A stretch of 64,000 nucleotides of DNA. Source: a virus. The notes beneath the pieces are model-generated. The model was not told the DNA's origin and did no database searches. It was given only the letters and a program-made list of their open reading frames with translations. The stretch lies in IMG/VR virus record IMGVR_UViG_3300042546_000155; one strand, given 5' to 3'. This document shows, in pieces, positions 1-9,006 of this stretch (position 1 is the stretch's first letter; each line of letters begins with the position of its first letter). The translations under genes and the position numbers were made by a program.

Positions 1-29
1 CCTGTGCCTTATCATCCGACCCGCAGCCC
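1..29 (-). tRNA. possible 5' end of a tRNA gene truncated by the window edge
   Basis: Reverse complement GGGCTGCGGGTCGGATGATAAGGCACAGG starts just after a sigma70-like promoter (36-65) and resembles acceptor 5' strand + D-arm; the rest is outside the window. Confidence 0.3.
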
Positions 30-71
30 AATTACTATATTACTATAGCCAGATTCAATTGTCAAACAGCA

Positions 72-254
72 TCAGGCTATCTTACTCTCCTTGAACTTGC
101 GTTGCAAGGAAACAGTAGCCTTATTTTTGAATGAATAGTATTTGCTCCATGCCTTTTCGAAGTCAAGGAATGTGCCATTATACACCGTCTTGCCAGACTT
201 GTCAATGGCTTCTACTATCCAGTAGGCGCTACGCTTTACGGTTTCCTCTTTCAT
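72..254 (-). CDS. hypothetical protein (early)
   Basis: 60-aa ORF downstream of the promoter at 285-313. Confidence 0.55.
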   Translation of the reverse strand: MKEETVKRSAYWIVEAIDKSGKTVYNGTFLDFEKAWSKYYSFKNKATVSLQRKFKESKIA

Positions 255-284
255 GCCGTAACCTCTTCTCTCAATCGTTCACAT

Positions 285-313
285 ACTATATAGGCAACAA
301 AACGCATAGTCAA
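285..313 (-). promoter_or_regulatory. sigma70-type early promoter
   Basis: TTGACT-N17-TATAGT preceded by AAAAAAAGTTC, the same upstream element as the promoter at 995-1023. Confidence 0.7.
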
Positions 314-385
314 GAACTTTTTTTACATTTTTTGTGCGACAATTTGACGCACCCTTAGTCTATAGACTGGATAGACTGTTTACAT

Positions 386-580
386 TTACTTTAGGACTGT
401 ATCGTAGTATTCCCGCTGCTTTTGTTCCATAGCAGCCTTTCGTTCCTTCTTGAAATTTTCAAACCACTCTTTAAGTCCAACATCATTCGTAAGATGTTCC
501 TGCCACTGTCTTTCGGACATTTGCCCAGAAATGTAGCACTCAAACAGTGGGTAAAACTTATCTTCCATTTCAGTCTCCAA
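386..580 (-). CDS. hypothetical protein
   Basis: ORF directly after the tRNA-like gene; GGAG upstream of the MEDKFYP start. Confidence 0.55.
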   Translation of the reverse strand: METEMEDKFYPLFECYISGQMSERQWQEHLTNDVGLKEWFENFKKERKAAMEQKQREYYDTVLK

Positions 581-583
581 ATT

Positions 584-674
584 TGGTAGGGGTGCCAGGT
601 AACGCTCCTGGTCGAGAACGGTAATCGGCCGCTAAAGGGTTTATAAGTCCCTCTTGTGTCTTACACCCACCCCC
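584..674 (-). tRNA. non-canonical tRNA-like RNA, anticodon UAU (Ile?), long variable arm, encoded CCA
   Basis: GGGGGTG/CACCCCT acceptor + A-CCA; mini D-arm GTGT-AAG-ACAC; AGAGGG/CCCTTT stem with CTTATAA loop; AGCGG/CCGTT variable arm; CCAGG-AGCGTTA-CCTGG T-arm. Confidence 0.7.
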
Positions 675-679
675 ACATG

Positions 680-886
680 TTACAGATATCCCAGAATACC
701 ACCGATTGGTAATACAAAGATACCGATACAGCGAAGGATAAACTTTGCCGTGATAGGATTGTCAATGCTATGCCAGATAGCCATGACATTGAAGATCCAA
801 CCTAGTGCTAGTGCTGCACCCACGGTAAAGAATCCAGCAACAGTACCAATAGCAAGAATATCGTCTAGTTTCTGACTCACTTTCAC
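680..886 (-). CDS. small two-TM membrane protein between the tRNA genes
   Basis: Two hydrophobic segments; probable GTG start after AAGGA; the ORF-track start (931) lies inside tRNA-Arg. Confidence 0.55.
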   Translation of the reverse strand: MKVSQKLDDILAIGTVAGFFTVGAALALGWIFNVMAIWHSIDNPITAKFILRCIGIFVLPIGGILGYL

Positions 887-898
887 ATCCTTATATAA

Positions 899-975
899 TG
901 GCGGTCCCGGAAGGACTCGAACCTTCAACAACCCGCTTAGAAGGCGGATGCTCTATCCAGTTGAACTACGGAACC
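899..975 (-). tRNA. tRNA-Arg(UCU)
   Basis: GGTTCCGTAGTTCAACTGGATAGAGCATCCGCCT-TCT-AAGCGGG...GGTTCGAGTCC...GCCA; canonical cloverleaf with CCA. Confidence 0.95.
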
Positions 976-994
976 AAATCTCTAGTGTCTGATT

Positions 995-1023
995 ATTATA
1001 TATGCCACAAACGGGAATGTCAA
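995..1023 (-). promoter_or_regulatory. sigma70-type promoter for the tRNA cluster
   Basis: Exact TTGACA-N17-TATAAT 20 nt upstream of tRNA-Arg. Confidence 0.85.
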
Positions 1024-1049
1024 GAACTTTTTTTAGATATTTTTAGGAA

Positions 1050-1289
1050 TTATTCCGAAAATTCCACATCGAAGGCATCATTTATATTACCAAATTGTGT
1101 CTTTTTTAAGACGAAGGAAGGGGTGAAGCCGGCGAAGGCTCCTCCCCGTTCAAAGAACTCACAAGCCGCTGATGCATCGTCCTCAAAGAAAAACTCACTG
1201 ATGACCTGTGCCGTTGCTTCCTCAAACACAACCCAAAGCAATTCATCATTGTCATTGAACTCAGGATAATAAGTGTATAGCTTCTTCAT
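1050..1289 (-). CDS. hypothetical protein
   Basis: ATGA-coupled to the helicase stop; 79 aa. Confidence 0.65.
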   Translation of the reverse strand: MKKLYTYYPEFNDNDELLWVVFEEATAQVISEFFFEDDASAACEFFERGGAFAGFTPSFVLKKTQFGNINDAFDVEFSE

Positions 1290-2665
1290 ACTTTCAATCC
1301 TTTGAACTTGTTCTGTTTGTCATAAGCGGGCTTCGGTGTTGGCACATATTCTTCCTGTCCAGAATCAGACAAGTCTTGTGCCGACTGTTCTACATCATAC
1401 AGCTTCATCTTCGCTCTGTCAACCCCAATAACAAATCTTTTATTCATTGCAGGATCGGCATAACGGTTCTTCAACTGCTTTACCATAAGCTGGTTAAGTT
1501 GCTGCAACTGTTCTGAGGCAACAAGTGCCACGAAGAAATCTGCCGTTGCAGGCAAGCCGAAAGATTCAGAGGTATCTTCCATGCCAGGATCAGAACTGGA
1601 ATATCCGCTTCTGGTTAACTGTGTGGCAGACCAGATTGGCACATTCTGTTCTACGGCGAGACCTCGTAACTCCTCGGCAATTGCTTTAACATAGGTATAA
1701 GAATTAACACCATTACCAGGCTTGATACGGGATGACGCACAAATATTGAGATAGTCGACCATGATAACATCAGGCACGAATCCTTTCTTTAGGTTAAGTT
1801 CGTTCAACAAAGACCTAAAGTGAATAGTCGATGCCGTTGCTGTGGCATACTCTTTGATAATGAGTTTGCCGTTTGTCTTCTGTTTTAGATTGTTCACTCT
1901 CTTGTCATAAAGATCCTTAGGAAGTTCCATTAGATCATCAAATGTAATATTCATAAGGTTGGCGTCGATACGCTTTGCAACTTCCTCTTCGGCAAGTTCT
2001 AGGGTAATGTATAGAACATTCTTACCCATAGCAAGATACGAGGCAGAGAAATGACAAAGGGTAAGAGACTTACCACCACCAACACCACCCATGACAACAT
2101 TGAGGGTCTTTCTAGGCACACCATTCTTTGTGATCTTGTTAAAGAAATCCAAGTCAAAGCTTAGGCGTTCTTCCACTCTATGATAGTGTTCGTAACGCTC
2201 ATCGGCTTGTTCTAGATAATCGTGACCAACATTCGGATCAAAAGATATACCCAAAGCATCAGACAGCAAAGAAGGTATAGCGCCCTTATCGAGTTTCCCC
2301 TTTCCATTCATAATCTCCAATGATGTTGTAATAGCATTATAGATGGCACGTTCCTGACAAAACTTTTCGGTGGAATCGGCTAGCCACTCTTGGTTTGTCT
2401 GTGTCTCATCTTCTTTTAACTCTTTCAGAGTATTCTGAATATTCTTAACCGTGTCATCAGTCGTGCCTCTGATATTGCTCACTTCGATATCGAGAGCATC
2501 AAATGTCGGCTGCTGATTATACTTCAAGATGAAGCCGGCCACTTCTTTGAAAAGTAGCCGGTCTTCTGAATTAGAAAAGTATTCTTCTTTTAGAAAGGGA
2601 AGAACTTTTCGTGTATAATCCTCATTCCTGATCAGGTTCTTTAGGATTGTCTGTTCTAGTCTCAC
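1286..2665 (-). CDS. 41: replicative DnaB-like helicase (T4 gp41)
   Basis: Walker A GGVGGGKS, VLYITLE, VDYLNI, SATQLTR, SESFGLPATADF; synteny uvsX-40-41; probable GTG start at 2665. Confidence 0.95.
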   Translation of the reverse strand: MRLEQTILKNLIRNEDYTRKVLPFLKEEYFSNSEDRLLFKEVAGFILKYNQQPTFDALDIEVSNIRGTTDDTVKNIQNTLKELKEDETQTNQEWLADSTEKFCQERAIYNAITTSLEIMNGKGKLDKGAIPSLLSDALGISFDPNVGHDYLEQADERYEHYHRVEERLSFDLDFFNKITKNGVPRKTLNVVMGGVGGGKSLTLCHFSASYLAMGKNVLYITLELAEEEVAKRIDANLMNITFDDLMELPKDLYDKRVNNLKQKTNGKLIIKEYATATASTIHFRSLLNELNLKKGFVPDVIMVDYLNICASSRIKPGNGVNSYTYVKAIAEELRGLAVEQNVPIWSATQLTRSGYSSSDPGMEDTSESFGLPATADFFVALVASEQLQQLNQLMVKQLKNRYADPAMNKRFVIGVDRAKMKLYDVEQSAQDLSDSGQEEYVPTPKPAYDKQNKFKGLKV

Positions 2666-2960
2666 TCGCACCTTCCACTTCTGATGCATCTAGCAATAGA
2701 GCATTTAAAATAAGACCAATAGTTGTGTTAAACTTTTGGTTCTTTCTTAGGGTCATCATAGACAAATCGTTTGTCTTGATAATCTCATAGTCAAACTGCA
2801 ACTTAGGGATATCATCCTCATCCAGTTTGAATCTTACAGTAGTATAACGATACACTACTCCAGTGAAAGGGTCAACAGTTAATTCAATAGGGCATGTTGA
2901 TCCGTCTTCTTTAGGATCAAACAAGTCATCCCTAAACTTATATTCATTCTCCAGTTCCAT
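2622..2960 (-). CDS. 40: head vertex assembly chaperone (T4 gp40-like)
   Basis: Position between uvsX and 41, matching size, GVVYRY...LQFDY pattern. Confidence 0.65.
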   Translation of the reverse strand: MELENEYKFRDDLFDPKEDGSTCPIELTVDPFTGVVYRYTTVRFKLDEDDIPKLQFDYEIIKTNDLSMMTLRKNQKFNTTIGLILNALLLDASEVEGASETRTDNPKEPDQE

Positions 2961-4011
2961 CCTCGACCTCCTCTACCTCATCGGCTTCATTATACTTACC
3001 ATATAGATACTCGGCTTGTGCGCCTTCATTGATAGCATCTAGGATTTCCTTGGTAAAGAACTTCTCAGGATTCTTTTTGATTTCCTTTTCGAATGCCTTA
3101 GCACCATTAGGGAACTCAAAACGAGTTGATACTTTCTTGACAATACCGTAACGCTCGGCCATGTCAAGTAATCCATAATATCTATCTAGACCTGACTGAT
3201 AGTTTAGCCAGGTTTCAACCTTCTTATCTTCTACAGTCATACGAGACTTTTTAAGGTGTGCTGTAATGACTGCACCAGTTCGACCATTATCGTCATCTAG
3301 TGTCTTGTCCTTCTTCTTAGAAAGAAAGATGATGGTTGAAGCCGCATACTCTAGACCAGAACCACCGCCCATCTTCTTAACAGGCACATATGAACCAACA
3401 ACATCGTAAACATGGTTAGTTACGATTAGAGGAACCTTAGCCTTGCCAAGTTTAAGAGTAAGAACACGGAAGGCACCACGCACCAACTGGGCTCGTGTCA
3501 TGTCTCGTGTATCTTTACCTTCGGCAATATCGTTCATTTCTTTATCAGTTGAAAGATTGCCGAGTGAATCGAGAACAAACACCATTGGTGGCTTGTCCTT
3601 ACCCTCTAGATACTTATCGAGGATCTTTACTGCCTGTGTGCGAAACTCTTGGACAGTAGCCACAGGAACAATGCCAACACGCCGTGCGTCAATGCCACGA
3701 TCAGTAATGAACTGCTTGGAGATAGCGGACTCTGACTCAAAGTAAAATACAAACCCATCAGGATGATCCTCTAGAAACTGCTTTACGATATTGAGAGCAT
3801 AGAAAGTTTTACCAACAGAAGGTTCACCGGCAAATGCTGTAACTTTATTCTGTGGAAGGCCACCATAGATTGTGCCTGATAGTAGGGCATTCATAGCATA
3901 GTTACCTGTGCCAATAAAACCGGACACATCACCTGCTGCCACACCATCATCGACAATAGTAGCGTATTCGTTGTCGGTCTCAGCCAACAACTGATTGAAA
4001 ATGTCTGACAT
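2944..4011 (-). CDS. uvsX: RecA-like recombinase UvsX
   Basis: GEPSVGKT, FESE, LDSLGNL, DMTRAQ, MGGGSGLEYAAS; start MSDIF after GGAGA. Confidence 0.95.
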   Translation of the reverse strand: MSDIFNQLLAETDNEYATIVDDGVAAGDVSGFIGTGNYAMNALLSGTIYGGLPQNKVTAFAGEPSVGKTFYALNIVKQFLEDHPDGFVFYFESESAISKQFITDRGIDARRVGIVPVATVQEFRTQAVKILDKYLEGKDKPPMVFVLDSLGNLSTDKEMNDIAEGKDTRDMTRAQLVRGAFRVLTLKLGKAKVPLIVTNHVYDVVGSYVPVKKMGGGSGLEYAASTIIFLSKKKDKTLDDDNGRTGAVITAHLKKSRMTVEDKKVETWLNYQSGLDRYYGLLDMAERYGIVKKVSTRFEFPNGAKAFEKEIKKNPEKFFTKEILDAINEGAQAEYLYGKYNEADEVEEVEDGTGE

Positions 4012-4027
4012 AAGATTCTCCTTTTCG

Positions 4028-4564
4028 TCAGATGAATGATATTTCGGCTTTTCCTTGGTATTCTTTATCAAAGACAAACCAAGCGAAGGCAAGCATACCA
4101 CCTTTGTGGTTGCCAAAGCCTTGCCTTTCTGAAAACACATATACATTTCTTAACATGTTAAGAGAGAACAATTTATCACGCCTCTCCTTACCTTCTAGAA
4201 AGGTTAGTTTCTGAAAGATTGCTACCTTCTTTCTTGCACAATGCAATGAATGAATGGCAAACTTAGTGCCGATGTTAAAAGGGGGATTGGTGACGATGTT
4301 ATCGTGCAACTCCCAACTGTTAAGAAAGTCAAAGTGCTTGTCGCCATAACCACGATCTACAAGGTCAGTTGAGTAAACATCATAGCCTTGTAGCTTCAAT
4401 AGCTTTGAGATAGCACCATCACCACATGCGGGCTCCCAGACATTACCATCAAACTTCTCTCTTTCGAGCAAAGCCATAGTAGCATCTGAGGGTGTAGGAT
4501 AAAAGTCATCTTGGACACGGTTGTTGCCGTGCCCAATTAGACGATGTAAAGACTTTACACTCAC
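4028..4564 (-). CDS. small N6-adenine DNA methyltransferase
   Basis: DFYPTP, WEPACGDG SAM motif, NPPF catalytic motif. Confidence 0.85.
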   Translation of the reverse strand: MSVKSLHRLIGHGNNRVQDDFYPTPSDATMALLEREKFDGNVWEPACGDGAISKLLKLQGYDVYSTDLVDRGYGDKHFDFLNSWELHDNIVTNPPFNIGTKFAIHSLHCARKKVAIFQKLTFLEGKERRDKLFSLNMLRNVYVFSERQGFGNHKGGMLAFAWFVFDKEYQGKAEISFI

Positions 4565-4746
4565 GCAACTTCCTTGAAATGCTGTTGCAGTTCAGGCGAT
4601 AGCTTACCATATAGGTCGCCAGGAATCCCGACTCGAATAACCTTTGCTAGTTCATTCACACTGTTTGCATCAACATGTCCTTTAGGCTCGAACTCATAGA
4701 TGCGAGCGGGTGAGTGTTTAAGGTTCTTATCTGTCTTCTTACTCAT
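4561..4746 (-). CDS. hypothetical protein
   Basis: Coupled to the gp43 stop and to the MTase start. Confidence 0.55.
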   Translation of the reverse strand: MSKKTDKNLKHSPARIYEFEPKGHVDANSVNELAKVIRVGIPGDLYGKLSPELQQHFKEVA

Positions 4747-7283
4747 GAGAAAAAGTCCTCCAGGCTTGCGCTTCGTTCTGCTTTCCATCCGATTGCTTCA
4801 AGAATGATCTTCAAGGCATCGAGGAAAGCTTTCTCGAATTGTGTATTATAGTCGATATACTTGTGTAAGTCAAGCTGCTCTGGTATACCTCCTTGTGGGA
4901 ATGCAATCACATTCGATTGAATGGTGTTCGGTTCTTTCAGGAAGATATACTTGATCTTCTCGCCGCCATTGATTACCGGATATTTAGCAGTAAGGTTATG
5001 CTTGCGTAGAAGATGGTTATATACAAGAGAGCCACGAACATGGATAGGGCAACCGGATGCATATACAGATTTACTATCTGCGTATTTAACGAGACCATTA
5101 ACTCCCCTAGGGAAAGCAATGTCCGCCAAATCCAGAGTTTTAAATTCACTACGGAAAGTCTCAATAAAAGACTGGACAGCCGCTTCATCTGCGGAAAAGA
5201 TAACATCAATTGCCTCTTTCAGTTTTTCTCTACATGCTGATGGTGTGGAACTCTTGACCATTTCAAGACCCATAACCTTCTTCTTAGGCTTAGCATACTG
5301 CACACCTTCGGAGTTATGGACATTGAGAATGTAACGCTTCTTGGCAGTCCAGATAGCCTTGTCGGCTAGGACCTCTCGCTTCATTACAATCTTTTGCTGG
5401 AATACGTTAGTATATTCACCAAGATCCTTACAAGCCTTATCAATAACCGGTTGAAGGGCAGTTTCACAGACCTTATCCATGAAGGCGATGCCTCTTGCAG
5501 CCTCAACTTCTTGCCCCAAAGTCTTGACGACAATCTGAGCAAGATTAAGATAGACTGAATCCGTATCGACTGCAATGACATAATCATCCCCTGTTTTTAG
5601 TATCTTTCGAAGATACTCGTTAAGTGCCTTTTCAATCCAGCGAATTGATAGCTGACCTGTAGTTGTGACTGCCACCGCATTGCGAAGATCATAGAACCTA
5701 AAGAACTTGGAACCCATGGCACCATAGAGTGAATTGAGCGATACCTTCTTGGAGAGTTGTAGGTTCTTGAACTTGGAAATCTTATTTTTAAGTTCTGCTT
5801 TCTTTTGGGGATCTTTTTCAACTTCGTATAGCGACTCAGCATCCAACATTTCTTTCTTATAGACCTTACGGTCATTGAACATCTTCTCAACCATTTCAGG
5901 CATGAAGCCCTGCTTATCACGGCGATAGAATTGTCCATTGGCTGTTAGACAAAGATTGTCATCCTTTAGAAGGGATAAGTCAATAGACCTAGTAAGGAGT
6001 TTATCCACAGTAATGTCGCCTGCGATAAGATTACGCATAGCAGGGGTGTAAAGACTAGGATCAACAATCGTCTCCGGCGAGATATTGGATCCCATAATGA
6101 CAGAAGGATACTCACTATTGACGTCGAAACTAGCAACCCAATCATGAAATCCAATAAGAGGGTCCTTAACATAGGCGCCAACATAAGCTGCTTCCTTTTC
6201 ATGTCTCTCAATAGGTGGAACAACGATGTTCTTACTCTTTAGATGATGGAAGCAAATGACATCCCACATTCTAACTTGAGCGAACACATCTTCAAAGTTA
6301 CACTTGTTATCATAAGATAGAGTTAGAGCAAGTTCAACGAACTTACCCTTGTCATCGATACGATCAACAAGTTCAACGTCTTTGATGTTATAGTCAATAA
6401 ACTTCTGATAATCCTCTTTGTAGAGGTTATGCAGAGAGCCATATTCTTCATACGATAGTTTACGCTCACCCAATTCGACATGGGCAATATTATCCAGTCG
6501 ATAGGACTCTTGCGAATACCCACCTGATGCATACTTCTTATACAATGTGATCATGTCAAGTGTAGCAATGCCGAGAATGGACCATCCTTTACCACGACGG
6601 CCCATTCCCAAATCGAGAACCTTATCTTGCAACACGCCCCAAGGAGAAAGCCTACGAGCAACCTTATCACCTTCTAGTTTGGTAATGCGGTTGACAAGAT
6701 AAGGAATATCGAACTGCTCAACGTTCCAGCCGGTGATGATATCTGGATACTCAGACTCCCACCACCCAAGGAACTTCATAATCAAATCATGCTCATCATA
6801 ACATTCAAAGTATGTTACATCGTCACGGCGGTTATCATATGTGTCCAATCCAAATGTGACAAAGCGACCGTCCATCTTGACCGTGATGGCGGTTAGAGGT
6901 TCACTAGCAGTTTCAGGCTCAGGAAAGCCGTTCTCTGATCCTACTTCGATATCGATGTTTGCCACTTTGATTAGAGAGATATCCCAATCGACGGTGCCGG
7001 GATACTCGTCCGCAATGAAACAATACTGGTAGCGTTGATTACCATAAATCTTAAAGTTCTCAACACCATCATATTGCTTCACGAAGTCACGAGTATCACG
7101 GATCGATCCAGGCTTAACTGGACCGACATAATCTCCGTAGATTGTCGTGTATTTGGTTGGCTTGTCAGAAGGCACAAAAAGAGTCGGGTAGTAATCGACC
7201 TTATGTCGAACCCGACGACCGTTCTCAACACCACGGTAAAGAATTTTACCGCCCCATACTTCAACGTTTGTGTAAAATTTCAT
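4743..7283 (-). CDS. 43: family B DNA polymerase (T4 gp43)
   Basis: Exo DIEV, GWNVEQFD, YNIKD; pol motifs DVNSEYPS, KVSLNSLYG, DTDS, KKRY; C-terminal clamp-binding SLEDFF. Confidence 0.97.
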   Translation of the reverse strand: MKFYTNVEVWGGKILYRGVENGRRVRHKVDYYPTLFVPSDKPTKYTTIYGDYVGPVKPGSIRDTRDFVKQYDGVENFKIYGNQRYQYCFIADEYPGTVDWDISLIKVANIDIEVGSENGFPEPETASEPLTAITVKMDGRFVTFGLDTYDNRRDDVTYFECYDEHDLIMKFLGWWESEYPDIITGWNVEQFDIPYLVNRITKLEGDKVARRLSPWGVLQDKVLDLGMGRRGKGWSILGIATLDMITLYKKYASGGYSQESYRLDNIAHVELGERKLSYEEYGSLHNLYKEDYQKFIDYNIKDVELVDRIDDKGKFVELALTLSYDNKCNFEDVFAQVRMWDVICFHHLKSKNIVVPPIERHEKEAAYVGAYVKDPLIGFHDWVASFDVNSEYPSVIMGSNISPETIVDPSLYTPAMRNLIAGDITVDKLLTRSIDLSLLKDDNLCLTANGQFYRRDKQGFMPEMVEKMFNDRKVYKKEMLDAESLYEVEKDPQKKAELKNKISKFKNLQLSKKVSLNSLYGAMGSKFFRFYDLRNAVAVTTTGQLSIRWIEKALNEYLRKILKTGDDYVIAVDTDSVYLNLAQIVVKTLGQEVEAARGIAFMDKVCETALQPVIDKACKDLGEYTNVFQQKIVMKREVLADKAIWTAKKRYILNVHNSEGVQYAKPKKKVMGLEMVKSSTPSACREKLKEAIDVIFSADEAAVQSFIETFRSEFKTLDLADIAFPRGVNGLVKYADSKSVYASGCPIHVRGSLVYNHLLRKHNLTAKYPVINGGEKIKYIFLKEPNTIQSNVIAFPQGGIPEQLDLHKYIDYNTQFEKAFLDALKIILEAIGWKAERSASLEDFFS

Positions 7284-7591
7284 TCTGGATAGATGATCTG
7301 TGGTTCGTTGATGATTAGTCCAGAGAAGCATTCGGTATGCGATTCAATGAACTGCTTAATTGGATTAGCCATGAATAGAACAAGGTTCTTATTTAGAACG
7401 AACTCCTTGTCCTGACTCCAATGTGTGAATGGAGAAAGAGCAACACCCGGACGGTTCTTATCCTTCTCATAAGGAATGACCATGATGCGGGCAGCATCCT
7501 TAATCTTGATTTCTGTGTCGGTGACTTCCACCACCTCTGCAACAACATCTTCGCCTGTGTATAGACGGATAACTTTCAAATTCTTTGCCAT
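7280..7591 (-). CDS. conserved hypothetical protein upstream of gp43
   Basis: VIRLYTGEDVVAEV motif; coupled to gp43; similar to 51619..52032. Confidence 0.65.
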   Translation of the reverse strand: MAKNLKVIRLYTGEDVVAEVVEVTDTEIKIKDAARIMVIPYEKDKNRPGVALSPFTHWSQDKEFVLNKNLVLFMANPIKQFIESHTECFSGLIINEPQIIYPE

Positions 7592-7803
7592 TAGTCTGCA
7601 ATCTCCATTAGATAGTCGTAAACACCGACTGTTACCCACTTCTCTGGAATTAGAGTAGTGCGGTTGCCATTCTCATTCACGAATGAATAAGAGTTATCAA
7701 GATCCATAATCTTGACGATTCGTTCCCACTTGCCATCAAAGGCTCGCTGCTTAAAAGAGGTTTCTAGAACCTGCATGTTCTTCTCACTGGTCACCATTTT
7801 CAT
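7591..7803 (-). CDS. hypothetical protein
   Basis: ORF abutting its neighbours. Confidence 0.55.
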   Translation of the reverse strand: MKMVTSEKNMQVLETSFKQRAFDGKWERIVKIMDLDNSYSFVNENGNRTTLIPEKWVTVGVYDYLMEIAD

Positions 7804-7966
7804 TCTCCTTATTATGATTGTGTAGTGCTACCTCAACATCAACTCGTAGTTCCCAGAGGCGTCTTAGCAACTCTCTCTTGTATGCCGACTCAGGCATCAC
7901 CAGAAGACCGAGGTTGATTAGATTTCTTGAGATATAGTAGCGGAAGATAAACCAATTATGTTTCAT
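7784..7966 (-). CDS. hypothetical protein
   Basis: ORF in a tightly packed minus-strand run. Confidence 0.5.
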   Translation of the reverse strand: MKHNWFIFRYYISRNLINLGLLVMPESAYKRELLRRLWELRVDVEVALHNHNKENENGDQ

Positions 7967-7969
7967 ATC

Positions 7970-8596
7970 TTAATCCCAAAGGTTTTGATAATACTTGCCG
8001 AACAGGCGAGTCCCGTTATGAATGCGTTCATTATAGCGTTTTAGACCCTCCATGTCAACCCAATAGTCAGGATTTGTTTGCTCTAGACGATAACACTTAC
8101 CGTATTCTTCGTCTTCTTCGTCAATGTGATTAAAGGTTGGTATTCCGTGATAGAACTGTTCTTCCCACTTACGATCAGGATCGGCAAGTTGCTCAAATGC
8201 CCAAATCATTTCATTGAGAACCCAGTCCCACTTGTAATGAACCCAGTTATCAGCACCCCATGGATTGTCAGGTGTGATATTGGTGTGGCGCATATGAGGC
8301 GGTACATCCTCCTCATCAACCATAGGAGAACCGTGCTTGGTATCTCTTAGTTGTTTGAGCATAGGAAGAATGATTGGTGATAGTGTGGTGTCCATGTTCC
8401 ATGTATCATACTTATCAATGCGAACATAGAACTTACGCTGTCTCTTAGAATCAACCCACTGTAAGAACTTCTGAACCCATGTTTCAGAAAGCCAATCACC
8501 AAACTTTTCACGGGCATCTTCACTGAGGAATGGAATCTTATCGGCAATCTGATAAGGACCAATCCAGTTCTTATATGGGCCAATATTAACCTTCAT
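7970..8596 (-). CDS. conserved phage hypothetical protein (Trp-rich)
   Basis: 208 aa; IDKYDTWNMD...WDWVLNEMIWAF...LFGKYYQNLWD. Confidence 0.7.
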   Translation of the reverse strand: MKVNIGPYKNWIGPYQIADKIPFLSEDAREKFGDWLSETWVQKFLQWVDSKRQRKFYVRIDKYDTWNMDTTLSPIILPMLKQLRDTKHGSPMVDEEDVPPHMRHTNITPDNPWGADNWVHYKWDWVLNEMIWAFEQLADPDRKWEEQFYHGIPTFNHIDEEDEEYGKCYRLEQTNPDYWVDMEGLKRYNERIHNGTRLFGKYYQNLWD

Positions 8597-8843
8597 TCTT
8601 ATGTCTCTCTTTCATCTTACGAAACAGTCCGATAGGACCCTTTTCATCTTCGCTCATGGTCATCGCTTCACGAACTTCTAGAATAGGATCAATGCTTGTT
8701 TGAATTTCAATTAGATAATTCAAAAAGGAATAACCATGCTCTGATAGATCAAGAACCTCTAGAACGGTTCCCTTTGATAGCTTACCGGGTGTAGAACCAA
8801 CATGGATCCATACATCATCACCCTTCTCATACTTTGTCTTCAT
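8586..8843 (-). CDS. hypothetical protein
   Basis: Start MKTKYEKGD after AGGA; overlaps the Bfd stop. Confidence 0.6.
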   Translation of the reverse strand: MKTKYEKGDDVWIHVGSTPGKLSKGTVLEVLDLSEHGYSFLNYLIEIQTSIDPILEVREAMTMSEDEKGPIGLFRKMKERHKNEG

Positions 8844-9006
8844 AATGTTTCCTAATTTCTTCTTTGATGTTACGAACACAGGTAGCACATTCAATTGAAC
8901 ATCTATGCTTTTCCATGATTTCTTGAACGGTAGGTATTCTTGGGCTGCTTTCAACGACTCGTTTGATATCGCTGGAAGATATAGCGTTACAGGAACATAA
9001 GATCAT
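8827..9006 (-). CDS. bfd: Bfd-like [2Fe-2S] ferredoxin (59 aa, not in the ORF track)
   Basis: MILCSCNAISSSDIKRVV...CSIECATCVRNIKEEI: CxC...CxxC Bfd pattern; GAGGT RBS; promoter TTGACC-N17-TATAAT at 9030-9058. Confidence 0.8.
   Translation of the reverse strand: MILCSCNAISSSDIKRVVESSPRIPTVQEIMEKHRCSIECATCVRNIKEEIRKHYEDKV

Noticed and set aside
898-1269. 123-aa plus-strand ORF
   Set aside because: Antisense to tRNA-Arg, its promoter and a minus-strand gene
4743-7283. Intein or intron in polymerase, helicase or UvsX
   Set aside because: Lengths are normal and motifs contiguous; no intein termini seen
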